Below are positions 33,616 to 43,182 of a stretch of DNA of 64,000 nt, in pieces; within the stretch, counting starts at the first letter, position 1; each line of letters begins with the position of its first letter. A program made the position numbers and the translations under genes. The notes below the pieces were generated by a model that saw only the letters and a list, made by a program, of their open reading frames with translations, was not told the DNA's origin and did not search any database. This DNA is from an uncultured Acidobacteriota bacterium (GTDB lineage Bacteria > Acidobacteriota > Thermoanaerobaculia > Multivoradales > JAHEKO01): positions 1,152,001 through 1,216,000 of the forward strand of contig CAVQNG010000003.1 of NCBI GenBank assembly GCA_963713825.1, given 5' to 3'.

Positions 33616-33866
33616 GCCACGCTCCTTTCACACGAGAAGTAGCAAGGATACACGACAGACCTTTGAGTCTGGCTGAGGACTCGATGGTTCGGGACGTCCC
33701 CAAGGACGAGGTCGTCAGGCGCATGGCGGTCGCGAGTTCCCGTATCCGGAGCACTAGTAGTTCGCGCGGCAATTGAGCCGGTATAGTGAGAGCGCCAAGA
33801 TTGGGGCAGCGGGGCCCTGCGCCCCCGCCTGTCATGTCGCCGATCGTCTGCCAGAGGAGAGATCGA

Positions 33867-34544
33867 ATGAGGGCACTAGTAATGCAGCGATGCAGCGGGG
33901 CCTGTTCCACAGCCGGCTGGGTCGGGTTGATTGCTGTACTCACCGTGGTGGTCCTGACTTTGCCAGCGCAGGTCGCGGCTCAGGAGCACGAGCAACCGGA
34001 AGCGGCCGGCGAGGAGCATGAAGCTGCTACCGAGCATGGTGAGGGTGGCGAGGACGCCGAGGAGCACGGTGAAGAGCACAACTTTCACAAGAACCATTTC
34101 GCGGTCATCATCAGCGCGACGGAGGCCCCGGAGGAGCACGGTGAAGAGCACAACGATGACGGTCATGGCGATGCCCACAGCGAGGGGTCGAGCGGTGGCA
34201 AGAACGATCCGGACTTCACCATCGGCTTCGACTACGAGCGTCGTTTCACTCAGTTGTTCGGCTTGGGCGGGATGATCGATTGGGTGGCGGAGGGGAGACG
34301 GGAGCTCTTGTTTGGACCGTTCGCTATCCTGCATCCGTTCGCCGGCTCCAAGTTCTGGGTGGCGCCGCTGGCGGAGCGAGTTCGGGAGACAGGAGATTGG
34401 GAGCTCGTGTGGCGGCTCGGGGTCGGCTGGGACTTCGAGATCGGGAAGTCGGGAAAGTACAGCATTGCTCCGCTTGTGAACTACGACATCACTGAGGAAC
34501 ACGAACTGTGGGTCGTGGGCGTGGCCATCGGCAAGGGATTCTAG
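33867..34544 (+). CDS. His/Glu-rich exported protein, putative small outer-membrane beta-barrel
   Basis: Signal peptide, EEHGEEH repeats, amphipathic strands, terminal Phe. Confidence 0.6.
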   Translation: MRALVMQRCSGACSTAGWVGLIAVLTVVVLTLPAQVAAQEHEQPEAAGEEHEAATEHGEGGEDAEEHGEEHNFHKNHFAVIISATEAPEEHGEEHNDDGHGDAHSEGSSGGKNDPDFTIGFDYERRFTQLFGLGGMIDWVAEGRRELLFGPFAILHPFAGSKFWVAPLAERVRETGDWELVWRLGVGWDFEIGKSGKYSIAPLVNYDITEEHELWVVGVAIGKGF

Positions 34545-34699
34545 GGGGTCCTTTTCCTCCCGAGCTGCTGCACATCAGGACTTCGCCGGCCGTCTCTTGG
34601 CGCTTGACTTCCAGCTGGCGGCGACTAGTCGGTGCCAGCTGGAAGAAGGTCCCCGAGGCCGGCCACTGGATTCAGCGGAGCCTCGGTCAACAGCCTCCT

Positions 34700-37600
34700 T
34701 CAATCCCGAGTCGAGACGTGGGGAACGGAACTCTCCCGGGCCCAGGTGTTGACCGCCTCGATGTCCGATGCCTCGATTCCGGCAAGCTCGGACTCGAGCG
34801 TCGCCCACTCCGCGTTCAGATCCCCCAGGCGCTCGAGCGCTCCTGCCGCCACGGGCGGGCCGGCATCGTCTACGACGTCGAGCAAGTGCCGCACGTTCTT
34901 GAGCAGGCGTGGTGGGAGGTTGTCCTCGTCTTCGTAGGTCTCGTACTCGACCTGAACGACCTTGTGCTCCCAAGCAGTCAGGCGCTCGATGGCGCTCTTA
35001 CCAGCCTCTTGTAATGCTTCCGCATCGGGGTAGGCAGCGAGCAAGGCCTCGATCTGCTCACGGGACCCGCGAATGGAAGCCAGGCCGTCGAGCAGCTCGT
35101 TCATCAGCGTCGTCATCTCCGAGACGTACCGGTCGACTTCAGCGAATTCGGCGGCAGTCGCTTCGACACGGCGATCGGCCACCAAGGTGATCTCTGCCGT
35201 GTCCTCGACATCGCCGATCATGACGCGCGCCCGGTAGGTGCCCGGCATCACGTAGGGGCCCGCGAAGCCCTCGAACAACCGGATGTCGTCGATGCAGTGC
35301 AGACCCTCCCGCCGCATGTCCCAGACCCAGCGGTTGGCGCCCTCCTTCTTGGGCGGATAGCTGACCTCGAAGGGAATGCGCTGATCCATGTTGCCGAGAA
35401 TGCAGCGCTCGAAATCTCCCTCCTCACTCGAGTAGCGGCGCACGACATTGCCGTCCGCATCGCTGATCTCGATGGTCAGCGGGCCTTCTTGCTCGTCTTT
35501 GATTCGATAGGCGAGAACCACTCCGTTCGGTGGGTTCGAGCCCACGCCGCCGCCGCCACCGCCCCAACCGCGCCGGATCATCTCGACCGGCCCAGGGGTG
35601 AATACGTGCAACGGCTTGTCCGCCATCTCCTGGGTCACGCTTCTCAGGCCGGTGAGATCGTCGAGCACCCAGAAGCCACGGCCCTGCGTGGCGGCGACGA
35701 GGTCGCCTTGCCGAATCGCCAGGTCGGTGATCGGCACCGGCGGCAGGTTGAGGTCGAGCGATTGCCAGTGCGCCCCATCGTCGAACGACACGTACATGCC
35801 GGCCTCCCCGCCAGCGAAGAGCAGGCCCTGCCTTTCCGGGTCCTCCCGGACGACGCGGATGAAGTTGTCGCGAGGCAGGTCGGCATCGAGCCGCGTCGCG
35901 CTGGCCCCGTAGTCGGTCAGCTTGTAGATGTAGGGCTGGAAGTCGTTCATCTTGTAGCCGGCCACCGCGACGTAGGCGGTGCCGGGCTCGTGTGGACTGA
36001 CGTCGATGGCGTTGACCATGGCACCGCCGAGATCGCCGGGAGTCACGTTGCTCCACGTCTCTCCGTCGTCCCGAGTCACGTGGACGAGTCCGTCGTCGCT
36101 ACCCACCCAGAGCGTGCCGTATTCGTGGGGGGAGGCGGTGATCACGAAGATGGTGCCGTAGAACTCGGCGCCGACGTTCTCCGCCGTGATCGGCCCCCCG
36201 TTGAGGCCCTGCTTGTCCTTCTCGTTCTTCGTCAGGTCGCCGCTGATCTCCTCGAAGGTGACACCACGGTCCTTCGTGCGAAGCAGCTTCTGGGTGCCGT
36301 AGTAGATGACGCTCGGATCCTGCACCGCAGCGGTCACCGGAGGGTTCCAATTCGTCCGGTAGCGCAGATCCTTCGATTCCATCCCGAAGACGAACTCCGG
36401 ATACGGCTTGATCTCCCGCACTCGCCGGGTCTCGGCGTCGTACTCGGTCAGCGTGCCGTTGATCGTCGTGGCGTAGATGAATCGCGGATTGTCGGGGTCG
36501 AAGGCGATGTGGGCGCTCTCGCCACCACCAACGGAGTGGAACTCCTTGGCGGTGATCCCACCACCATAGGTCTCACTCAGAATCGCCACGGTCGAGTTGT
36601 CCTGCTGGCCGCCGTAGATGCGGTACGGGAACAGGTTGTCCGTGTTGACGCGGTAGAACTGCGCCGTCGGCTGGTTGTGGATGCTCGACCACGACTCGCC
36701 ACCATCGAAGGTGATCGTGCCGCCCCCGTCGTTGGCTTGGATCATGTTCTGGTTGTCGTGCGGGTTGATCCAGAGATCGTGATGGTCGCCGTGCGGCGTG
36801 GAACGCTTTTCGAACGTTACGCCGCCGTCGATCGAGCGCATGAACGGCGCGTTCATGATGTAGACGATGTTGTCGTTGACCGGGTCGGCGGTGATGTGCA
36901 TGTAGTACCAGGAGCGGGTCCACAAGATGCGGTCGCCGTTCACCAGCTTCCAGCTCTCGCCCCCGTTGTCGCTGCGGTACAGGCCGCCCTCACCCGGCAT
37001 TGCCTCCACGATGGCGTACAGCCGGCTGGGATTGCTGGCGCTGACGTCGACGCCGATCTTGCCGATGAGCTCCGGCAGACCCTCGGTCAGCTTCTCCCAG
37101 GTGTCGCCACCGTCCGTCGATTTGAAGATACCGCCCGCGTGGCCACCGGATAGCACATACCAGGGCTTCCTGCCGTGCTCCCACATGGCGGCGTAGAGGA
37201 TCCGCGGGTTGCTGGGATCCATCCGCAGGTCGGTGGCGCCGGTCTGGGCGTCGACTGCGAGAACCTGATCCCAGGTCTGTCCACCATCGGTCGTCCGATA
37301 GACACCGCGCTCCTCGTTCGGTCCCCAGATCTGCCCCTGGACCGCTGCGTAGGCGATGTCGGCGTTGCTCGGATGGATCTTGATGCGGGCGATCTGCCCA
37401 GCCTTTGGCAGCCCGATATGTGTCCAGGTCTTGCCGCCGTCTGTCGATTTGTACATGCCGTCGCCATGGCTGGTAGTGACCCCTCGGATCGACTTCTCCC
37501 CAGTACCGACGTAGATGACGTTGGGGTCGGACTCCGCCACTGCAATGGCGCCGATCGTGCCGACGTTGAAGTGGTCGTCGGAGAGATTCTCCCAGGACAG

Positions 37601-37843
37601 ACCAGCGTTCTCCGTCCTCCACAAGCCGCCGCCGGTGGCGCCCATTAAGTAGAGCTGTGGGTTGTCGGGTACTCCTGCGACGGTGGTCACGCGGCCGCCG
37701 CGGAAAGGACCCACCAGGCGCCACTCCATGGCAGACAGAAGCGATGCGTCTACCGTTTCTTCAGCTCCCGCTTTGGGCGCCAGCCACGCCGAGGCGACGA
37801 TGATCACGACAAGAACAGCACAGGACTCGAGCCTTTTGTTCAC
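34700..37843 (-). CDS. BNR/Asp-box (VPS10-like) repeat beta-propeller protein, putative glycosyl hydrolase
   Basis: Many S/TxDGGxTW repeats; 'WRLVGPFRGGR', 'HGDHHDLWINP', 'GGQQDN'. Confidence 0.88.
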   Translation of the reverse strand: MNKRLESCAVLVVIIVASAWLAPKAGAEETVDASLLSAMEWRLVGPFRGGRVTTVAGVPDNPQLYLMGATGGGLWRTENAGLSWENLSDDHFNVGTIGAIAVAESDPNVIYVGTGEKSIRGVTTSHGDGMYKSTDGGKTWTHIGLPKAGQIARIKIHPSNADIAYAAVQGQIWGPNEERGVYRTTDGGQTWDQVLAVDAQTGATDLRMDPSNPRILYAAMWEHGRKPWYVLSGGHAGGIFKSTDGGDTWEKLTEGLPELIGKIGVDVSASNPSRLYAIVEAMPGEGGLYRSDNGGESWKLVNGDRILWTRSWYYMHITADPVNDNIVYIMNAPFMRSIDGGVTFEKRSTPHGDHHDLWINPHDNQNMIQANDGGGTITFDGGESWSSIHNQPTAQFYRVNTDNLFPYRIYGGQQDNSTVAILSETYGGGITAKEFHSVGGGESAHIAFDPDNPRFIYATTINGTLTEYDAETRRVREIKPYPEFVFGMESKDLRYRTNWNPPVTAAVQDPSVIYYGTQKLLRTKDRGVTFEEISGDLTKNEKDKQGLNGGPITAENVGAEFYGTIFVITASPHEYGTLWVGSDDGLVHVTRDDGETWSNVTPGDLGGAMVNAIDVSPHEPGTAYVAVAGYKMNDFQPYIYKLTDYGASATRLDADLPRDNFIRVVREDPERQGLLFAGGEAGMYVSFDDGAHWQSLDLNLPPVPITDLAIRQGDLVAATQGRGFWVLDDLTGLRSVTQEMADKPLHVFTPGPVEMIRRGWGGGGGGVGSNPPNGVVLAYRIKDEQEGPLTIEISDADGNVVRRYSSEEGDFERCILGNMDQRIPFEVSYPPKKEGANRWVWDMRREGLHCIDDIRLFEGFAGPYVMPGTYRARVMIGDVEDTAEITLVADRRVEATAAEFAEVDRYVSEMTTLMNELLDGLASIRGSREQIEALLAAYPDAEALQEAGKSAIERLTAWEHKVVQVEYETYEDEDNLPPRLLKNVRHLLDVVDDAGPPVAAGALERLGDLNAEWATLESELAGIEASDIEAVNTWARESSVPHVSTRD

Positions 37844-38025
37844 TGGATTCCCCCTCCGCCCGCAGTGAGATTGCGGGCCGGTCCCAGCATACTCGAAATC
37901 CGGTGACAGGCACCTCATTTCACTGAAGGTTTGCGTCCGGTGCATCTCCGCCATCGGAGTTGCTAGAATCCGGCCACCAGATCGCGAAGGACGCAGCAAC
38001 TACACGGTTGAGGAGGAGTCTTAGC

Positions 38026-38415
38026 ATGCGAATTGCCAAGAACGATATTCCTGTAAAAATCGATGCGCCCGGAGCCGTTGCACGACAGCAGATCGACTTC
38101 GGAGACGCCTCGGGGTTCGGAATGATGGGCGCGGAGTACTTCTCGCTCGCAGCGGGTGCGGACATGGCGCCGTTGCTCGCGGGCCTCGAGCACGACCTCT
38201 GCCACTCACCCCATTGGGGCTATGTCATCGAGGGCGAGCTGACCGTGACCTACAAGGACGGATCCGAGGAACCGGCGAGTGCTGGCGACATGTTCTATTG
38301 GCCGCCCTACCACACTGTGCGGGTGGCCAAGGATGCCGAGTTGGTCATGTTCAGTCCCCAGCACGAGCATACGACGGTCATAGAACACGTGAATCGCAAG
38401 ATTCAGGGCGAGTGA
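38026..38415 (+). CDS. Cupin-fold protein
   Basis: 'CHSPHWGYVIEG...AGDMFYWPPYH'; RBS aggagg. Confidence 0.8.
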   Translation: MRIAKNDIPVKIDAPGAVARQQIDFGDASGFGMMGAEYFSLAAGADMAPLLAGLEHDLCHSPHWGYVIEGELTVTYKDGSEEPASAGDMFYWPPYHTVRVAKDAELVMFSPQHEHTTVIEHVNRKIQGE

Positions 38416-38456
38416 GAATCGGTCTCGACAATCATCAGTGCTGATAGTGCGGAGTG

Positions 38457-39188
38457 CTACTCCGAGAGCGGCCGGGCGAAGGTGCTGTCGTGCAAGGGCA
38501 CGTTGACCTCGAGCGCCTGGACAGCGGCACGCCATGTGCCGTCGGAGCTCGAGACCCAGCGCGGGTGATGGATGCCGTCTCTGACGAAATCCCACGGGCC
38601 AGACAAGCCGCCGCCGTCGTCATCCCAGAAGCCAAACGCGTAGGGCTCTCCCTTCGCGTCCAGTTTGAGCCACAGGATGCGTTTGTCGTCGGCGAAGATC
38701 TCGAGGCGTCCGTCCTCGCCGACGCCGAGGGACAGGGCCGCATCACGAGCGGCGACGCGGTGGATGGTTCGGTAGAGATGCGCCGCGTACCACCTTATTT
38801 CCTCGGCGACGCGGTCAGCAGGGACGTCCTCGATCTCGCCCGCGCGGTTCAGCCGCCAGTTGTTGTCGGCGTCGATGACGCGGATCAAACGCAGGTCCTG
38901 TGCGGTCGTGTCGATGCGGAAGCGCGGCTGCTCGAAATCCATCGTGATCACCGCGTAGACAGCGGTGGGCTCGTCGGCCCGATTCTGCTGCGAGCCGTTG
39001 ATGGTGTTCTTCAATCCCGCCCACGCGCTTCGGCCACCGAGGCGCTCGAGCATCTTGTCGGCCAATGCATCGGCGGATGTTGCCTCCGCGTGGACACCCG
39101 GCGACGTCAGGACCGCGGCGAGACCCACGAGGAGACTTGCTATCCGCAGACGGATGTGGCACTTCCTCTGGCTGAATGAGGCAGACAT
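38457..39188 (-). CDS. Exported hypothetical protein (LolA-like fold possible)
   Basis: Signal peptide, 'LERLGGRSAW', C-terminal 'VNVPLHDSTF.RP'. Confidence 0.6.
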   Translation of the reverse strand: MSASFSQRKCHIRLRIASLLVGLAAVLTSPGVHAEATSADALADKMLERLGGRSAWAGLKNTINGSQQNRADEPTAVYAVITMDFEQPRFRIDTTAQDLRLIRVIDADNNWRLNRAGEIEDVPADRVAEEIRWYAAHLYRTIHRVAARDAALSLGVGEDGRLEIFADDKRILWLKLDAKGEPYAFGFWDDDGGGLSGPWDFVRDGIHHPRWVSSSDGTWRAAVQALEVNVPLHDSTFARPLSE

Positions 39189-39358
39189 TGGTGGCTCCCT
39201 TGCTAGAATTTTCCTCTACTACGGCATGGGCGCTGAAAGGTTTTTCCTACCAGATCCTCTCCCGAGTCGCGAGCATCCCTCGATCGGATTCCTTCAGCGG
39301 CCTCGATCCTGGACGGGATGCGATACTCTGAGCAGGCAAGTAGCCTGGTTACATCGTC

Positions 39359-39721
39359 ATGGTTCGGCGACGCGCCATCTTCGTCTCTGTCATTGCTCTT
39401 CTGACTCTCCTCGGGTGTCGGGAACCTACGAGCGTCGAAGAGGGTGTCGCTTCGTTCTACGCCGACTCGTTTCACGGCCGCGATACCGCAAACGGCGAGA
39501 CCTACAGCAAGCGGGCCATGACCGCTGCGCACAAAACTCTCCCGTTCGACACCCGAGTCAAGGTGACCAACCTCGAAAACGGCAGATCCGTGTCGGTTCG
39601 TATCAACGATCGAGGACCCCACGTCGAAGGCAGGATCATCGATCTGTCGGGTGCAGCGGCTCGTAAGTTGCGGATGACAGAGACAGGCACCGCGAGGGTA
39701 CGGCTCGAGATCTACGACTGA
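39359..39721 (+). CDS. rlpA: RlpA-family septal ring lytic transglycosylase lipoprotein
   Basis: 'GVASFY...TANGE...TAAHKTLPF...INDRGP...IIDLS'; lipobox 'LLGC'. Confidence 0.9.
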   Translation: MVRRRAIFVSVIALLTLLGCREPTSVEEGVASFYADSFHGRDTANGETYSKRAMTAAHKTLPFDTRVKVTNLENGRSVSVRINDRGPHVEGRIIDLSGAAARKLRMTETGTARVRLEIYD

Positions 39722-39748
39722 GCAGCCCGGCCCGCCACCTGGCTGGCC

Positions 39749-40633
39749 TTACATCATCTGCACGCCGGCGAGATTCCTATGAATACTTCTCTTGTACTTG
39801 TATTTTGGGTACCCGACGATCAGCGAGGTCATGACCTTGTTTTCCTTCGGGATTCCGTAGCGCTGCCGCAGGACCTTGGAACGGTCCACGATCGGCGGTA
39901 TCAGGCCGATGATCGTGGTTCCCAGGCCCAGTGAGAGAGCGGCCAACATGGCGTGGTGGCAGACCAGGTGGGCGTTTTCCTCGTAGGACATCGCCCAACG
40001 GTTGCCGTGAAAGAGCATGAGCATCGGTGCCCGGTACATGTATCGGTCCGTGCCGTCACGGTGATACGCCTCGTTGGCATATCGCGCTAGATCCACAATG
40101 TAGTCCTTCAACATCCGGTAGCTTTCGGCTCCACTGACCAGCCGAACCACGGCTCGGCCGACCGGATTGGAAAAGGCCCGAACCAGGGATGCATAGTCCT
40201 TGACGAGTTCCGTCAGCAGGAAGTCGAGCTCCTTTCGCTGATCGAGGACCACGACCTCTGTCGAATGGGGTGGCATACCCATCGGTGCGGTGGCGGCAGC
40301 GGCCAGGATCTTCTCGGTCAACTCCTTGTCGACCGGCCGGTCTTTGAATACGCGCACACTGCGGCGCATTGCGAGGAAGTCGAGGAAGTCGCCGTAGCCG
40401 AACGGCAGCTTGGCCAAGTCCTCGAAGTCCTCCATTGGCAGCTTCGGCATTTCGAGCGCTTCGGTGGGGCAAACCGCCACACACTGCCCACAGAGAATGC
40501 AATGGTCCTCTCGACTTTCGACAGTAGCCGCTTTGCCGTCGAGGATCTCCAGGACGTTCTCCGGGCAGATGTCGACGCAAATGCCGTCACCCCTGCAGGA
40601 CTCCAGATCTACCAGATGCAGCTCCGCGGCCAT
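39749..40633 (-). CDS. Nitroreductase family protein with N-terminal 4Fe-4S dicluster domain
   Basis: 'CRGDGICVDICP', 'CILCGQCVAVCP', 'RRSVR'. Confidence 0.9.
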   Translation of the reverse strand: MAAELHLVDLESCRGDGICVDICPENVLEILDGKAATVESREDHCILCGQCVAVCPTEALEMPKLPMEDFEDLAKLPFGYGDFLDFLAMRRSVRVFKDRPVDKELTEKILAAAATAPMGMPPHSTEVVVLDQRKELDFLLTELVKDYASLVRAFSNPVGRAVVRLVSGAESYRMLKDYIVDLARYANEAYHRDGTDRYMYRAPMLMLFHGNRWAMSYEENAHLVCHHAMLAALSLGLGTTIIGLIPPIVDRSKVLRQRYGIPKENKVMTSLIVGYPKYKYKRSIHRNLAGVQMM

Positions 40634-40758
40634 CGTTCACCCTCCTTCCTGCATGTTCTCGACTTCAGTCTACCGCCGCAGGGCGGCATGGAGCCTGCGG
40701 AGGGAGTGATAACCTCGCTCCTCGCTCGAAACACCAATCAAGACAACGGGGCTCAGCG

Positions 40759-43122
40759 ATGCATCGAACAGGAATATCTTGTCTCCTAATTGCGGCGTTA
40801 GCCGTCTCTGTGAGCGGTTTGGCGAACGCTGCTATCACCACTGAACCGGCACGAGTGCAACAGGGTCTGCTGACAGGCCCGACGACCGACCCGGCTCGCG
40901 AGGTTGCAACCATCTACCTGGAAAAGGCATCAGCCGAGTTTGGCTTGAGGCCTGGCGACCTGGAAGACACCGTGATTCGGGACGAATACCGCTCGGCTCA
41001 CAATGGCGTCACCCATATCTACGTGCGCCAAAGGCTCAACGGCATCGAGGTCGTCAACGGTGACAGCAACGTCAACATCGACCGCGAGGGCCGGGTGTTC
41101 TTCGCCGGCACGCGATTCGTCTCCAACCTCGTTGGCAGGGCCAATGCGAACAGCCCTTCCATCGGCGCCCTCGAGGCCCTGCTGTCGGCGGCGAAGCATC
41201 TCGAGTTGCAGCCGAACGAGCTCGAGCTCCTGCAGAGCATCGGCGGCCCTGCTGCCGCGGCGATCTTCAGTCGCGGTGGTATCTCACTGGAGGAAATCCC
41301 GGTCAAGCTGATGTATCTACCCACGGACAAAGGTGAGGTGCGCCTGGTCTGGGAGGCCGTGGTTCGGTTGCCCGATGGTCAGCACTGGTACGACCTCTTC
41401 ATCGACGCCCTCACCGGCGAAGTGCTGGAGAAGTTCGACTGGATCGCCGAAGAAGCGGAATACGACGTCATACCGTTGCCGGCGGAGAGCCCGCTCGACA
41501 GCCCGCAGACAACGATCATAGGACCTTCGGACCCGACTGCGTCCCCCTTTGGCTGGCACGACACCAACGGCGCGAGTGGCGCCGAGTTCACCGATACACG
41601 GGGAAACAATGTCTCCGCGCAAACGGACATCGACGCCAACAACTTTGGAGGTGAGAACCGGCCCGACGGGGGTGCTGGACTGATCTTCGACTTTCCGTGG
41701 GACCCTCTTCTCGGCCCCACCGAGGGGACCAATAAGGAAGCCGCAGTCGTCAACCTCTTCTATTGGAACAACATCATGCACGATGTTCTGTATCCCTATG
41801 GTTTCGACGAGGCCGCCGGGAACTTCCAGGAGAACAACTACGGTAATGGCGGCGCTGGCGGCGATCCAGTGCAGGCCGACGCACTCGACGGATCGGGCAC
41901 CAACAATGCCAACTTTGGCACGCCGCCCGACGGGAATGACCCCAGGATGCAGATGTTCATCTGGACCAGCCCGTTCGGCCAGATGGCAACGGTGAACTCG
42001 CCCGCTGGGATCGCGGGTGAATACGTTGCCAACCCATCCAACAGTGGTGGTACGGCCAACGGTTTGACCGCCAATCTCGCCATTGTCGAGGACGGCGTCG
42101 CACCCACCACGGACGGTTGCGAGGCGATCAGCAATGACCTGACAGGCAAGATCGCCCTCATACTGTGGAGCGGGGGTCTCTGCAATTCCAGCGTATTCGT
42201 GGCCAATGCCGCCGGTGCGGGTGCCGTAGCGGCCATCATCATCGACAACACCGACGTGCCGTACACCAACTTCGGTGGTAGCGCGCTGATTCCATCCGTA
42301 GCCGTGGGCTTGGCCGACGGCCAGCTTTTCATCACCACCATCAACGGTGGAGCCACGGTAAATGTGACGATCGACGACAACCCGGATTCTGTCGACCGCG
42401 ATAGCGACTTCGACAATGGGATCATCGCCCACGAGTACGGTCACGGCGTCTCCAACCGGCTCACCGGAGGCCGCAACAACGTGAACTGCCTCGGTCACAG
42501 TGAGCAGGCGGGCGAAGGCTGGAGTGACTGGTGGACACTCACCCTCTTTCCGCTTCCTTCGGACACCCGGACGACGGTCCGGGGTATTGGCAACTACGCC
42601 ACCTTCCGACCCATCGACGGAGGCGGTATCCGGAACTTCCCGTACAGCACGGACATGACAGTCAACCCCCAGACCTACGTCGATATCGGTACCACCAACA
42701 TCCCGCACGGCGTTGGCGAGATCTGGGCCGCGATGCTGTGGGAGATGTACTGGAATCTCGTTGACAAGTACGGCTTCGACTCCGACCTGTACGGGGGCAC
42801 TGGCGGCAACAACCTGGCCATCCAGCTGGTGATCGACGGCATGAAGATGCAGCCGTGCTCGCCGACGTTCGTGCAGGCACGGGATGCCATTCTCGCGGCG
42901 GACCTGGCCAACAATGCCGGTGCCAACGAGTGCGAGATCTGGAATGCCTTCGCCAAGCGGGGCCTCGGGTTCTCTGCCACTGCTGGCGGCACTGGGGTAG
43001 GAGACGAGGTCGAGGCCTTTGACCTGCCAGACGGTGTCCCGGCCGTGTGCACTGCAACCCAGATCTACAAGGACGGTTTCGAGTCCGGCGACACCTCGGC
43101 GTGGAGTGCCTCGGTGCCCTAG
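40759..43122 (+). CDS. M36 (fungalysin) metallopeptidase with propeptide and PA domain
   Basis: 'AHEYGHGVSNRLTGG', 'GEGWSD', 'FAKRGLG'; C-terminal 'IYKDGFESGDTSAWS'. Confidence 0.92.
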   Translation: MHRTGISCLLIAALAVSVSGLANAAITTEPARVQQGLLTGPTTDPAREVATIYLEKASAEFGLRPGDLEDTVIRDEYRSAHNGVTHIYVRQRLNGIEVVNGDSNVNIDREGRVFFAGTRFVSNLVGRANANSPSIGALEALLSAAKHLELQPNELELLQSIGGPAAAAIFSRGGISLEEIPVKLMYLPTDKGEVRLVWEAVVRLPDGQHWYDLFIDALTGEVLEKFDWIAEEAEYDVIPLPAESPLDSPQTTIIGPSDPTASPFGWHDTNGASGAEFTDTRGNNVSAQTDIDANNFGGENRPDGGAGLIFDFPWDPLLGPTEGTNKEAAVVNLFYWNNIMHDVLYPYGFDEAAGNFQENNYGNGGAGGDPVQADALDGSGTNNANFGTPPDGNDPRMQMFIWTSPFGQMATVNSPAGIAGEYVANPSNSGGTANGLTANLAIVEDGVAPTTDGCEAISNDLTGKIALILWSGGLCNSSVFVANAAGAGAVAAIIIDNTDVPYTNFGGSALIPSVAVGLADGQLFITTINGGATVNVTIDDNPDSVDRDSDFDNGIIAHEYGHGVSNRLTGGRNNVNCLGHSEQAGEGWSDWWTLTLFPLPSDTRTTVRGIGNYATFRPIDGGGIRNFPYSTDMTVNPQTYVDIGTTNIPHGVGEIWAAMLWEMYWNLVDKYGFDSDLYGGTGGNNLAIQLVIDGMKMQPCSPTFVQARDAILAADLANNAGANECEIWNAFAKRGLGFSATAGGTGVGDEVEAFDLPDGVPAVCTATQIYKDGFESGDTSAWSASVP

Positions 43123-43182
43123 GGTTCGAATCCCGAGAGGTGCGCTGCGATCGGAGCGGGGCTCTGGCAAAATAGCGGCGAT

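Noticed and set aside
35297-37153. Long antisense or alternative-frame ORFs (also 17030-18529, 22340-23833, 28207-29916, 41317-43170, 50022-51575, 58405-60129)
   Set aside because: Shadow ORFs expected in high-GC DNA; they overlap well-supported genes and show no motifs
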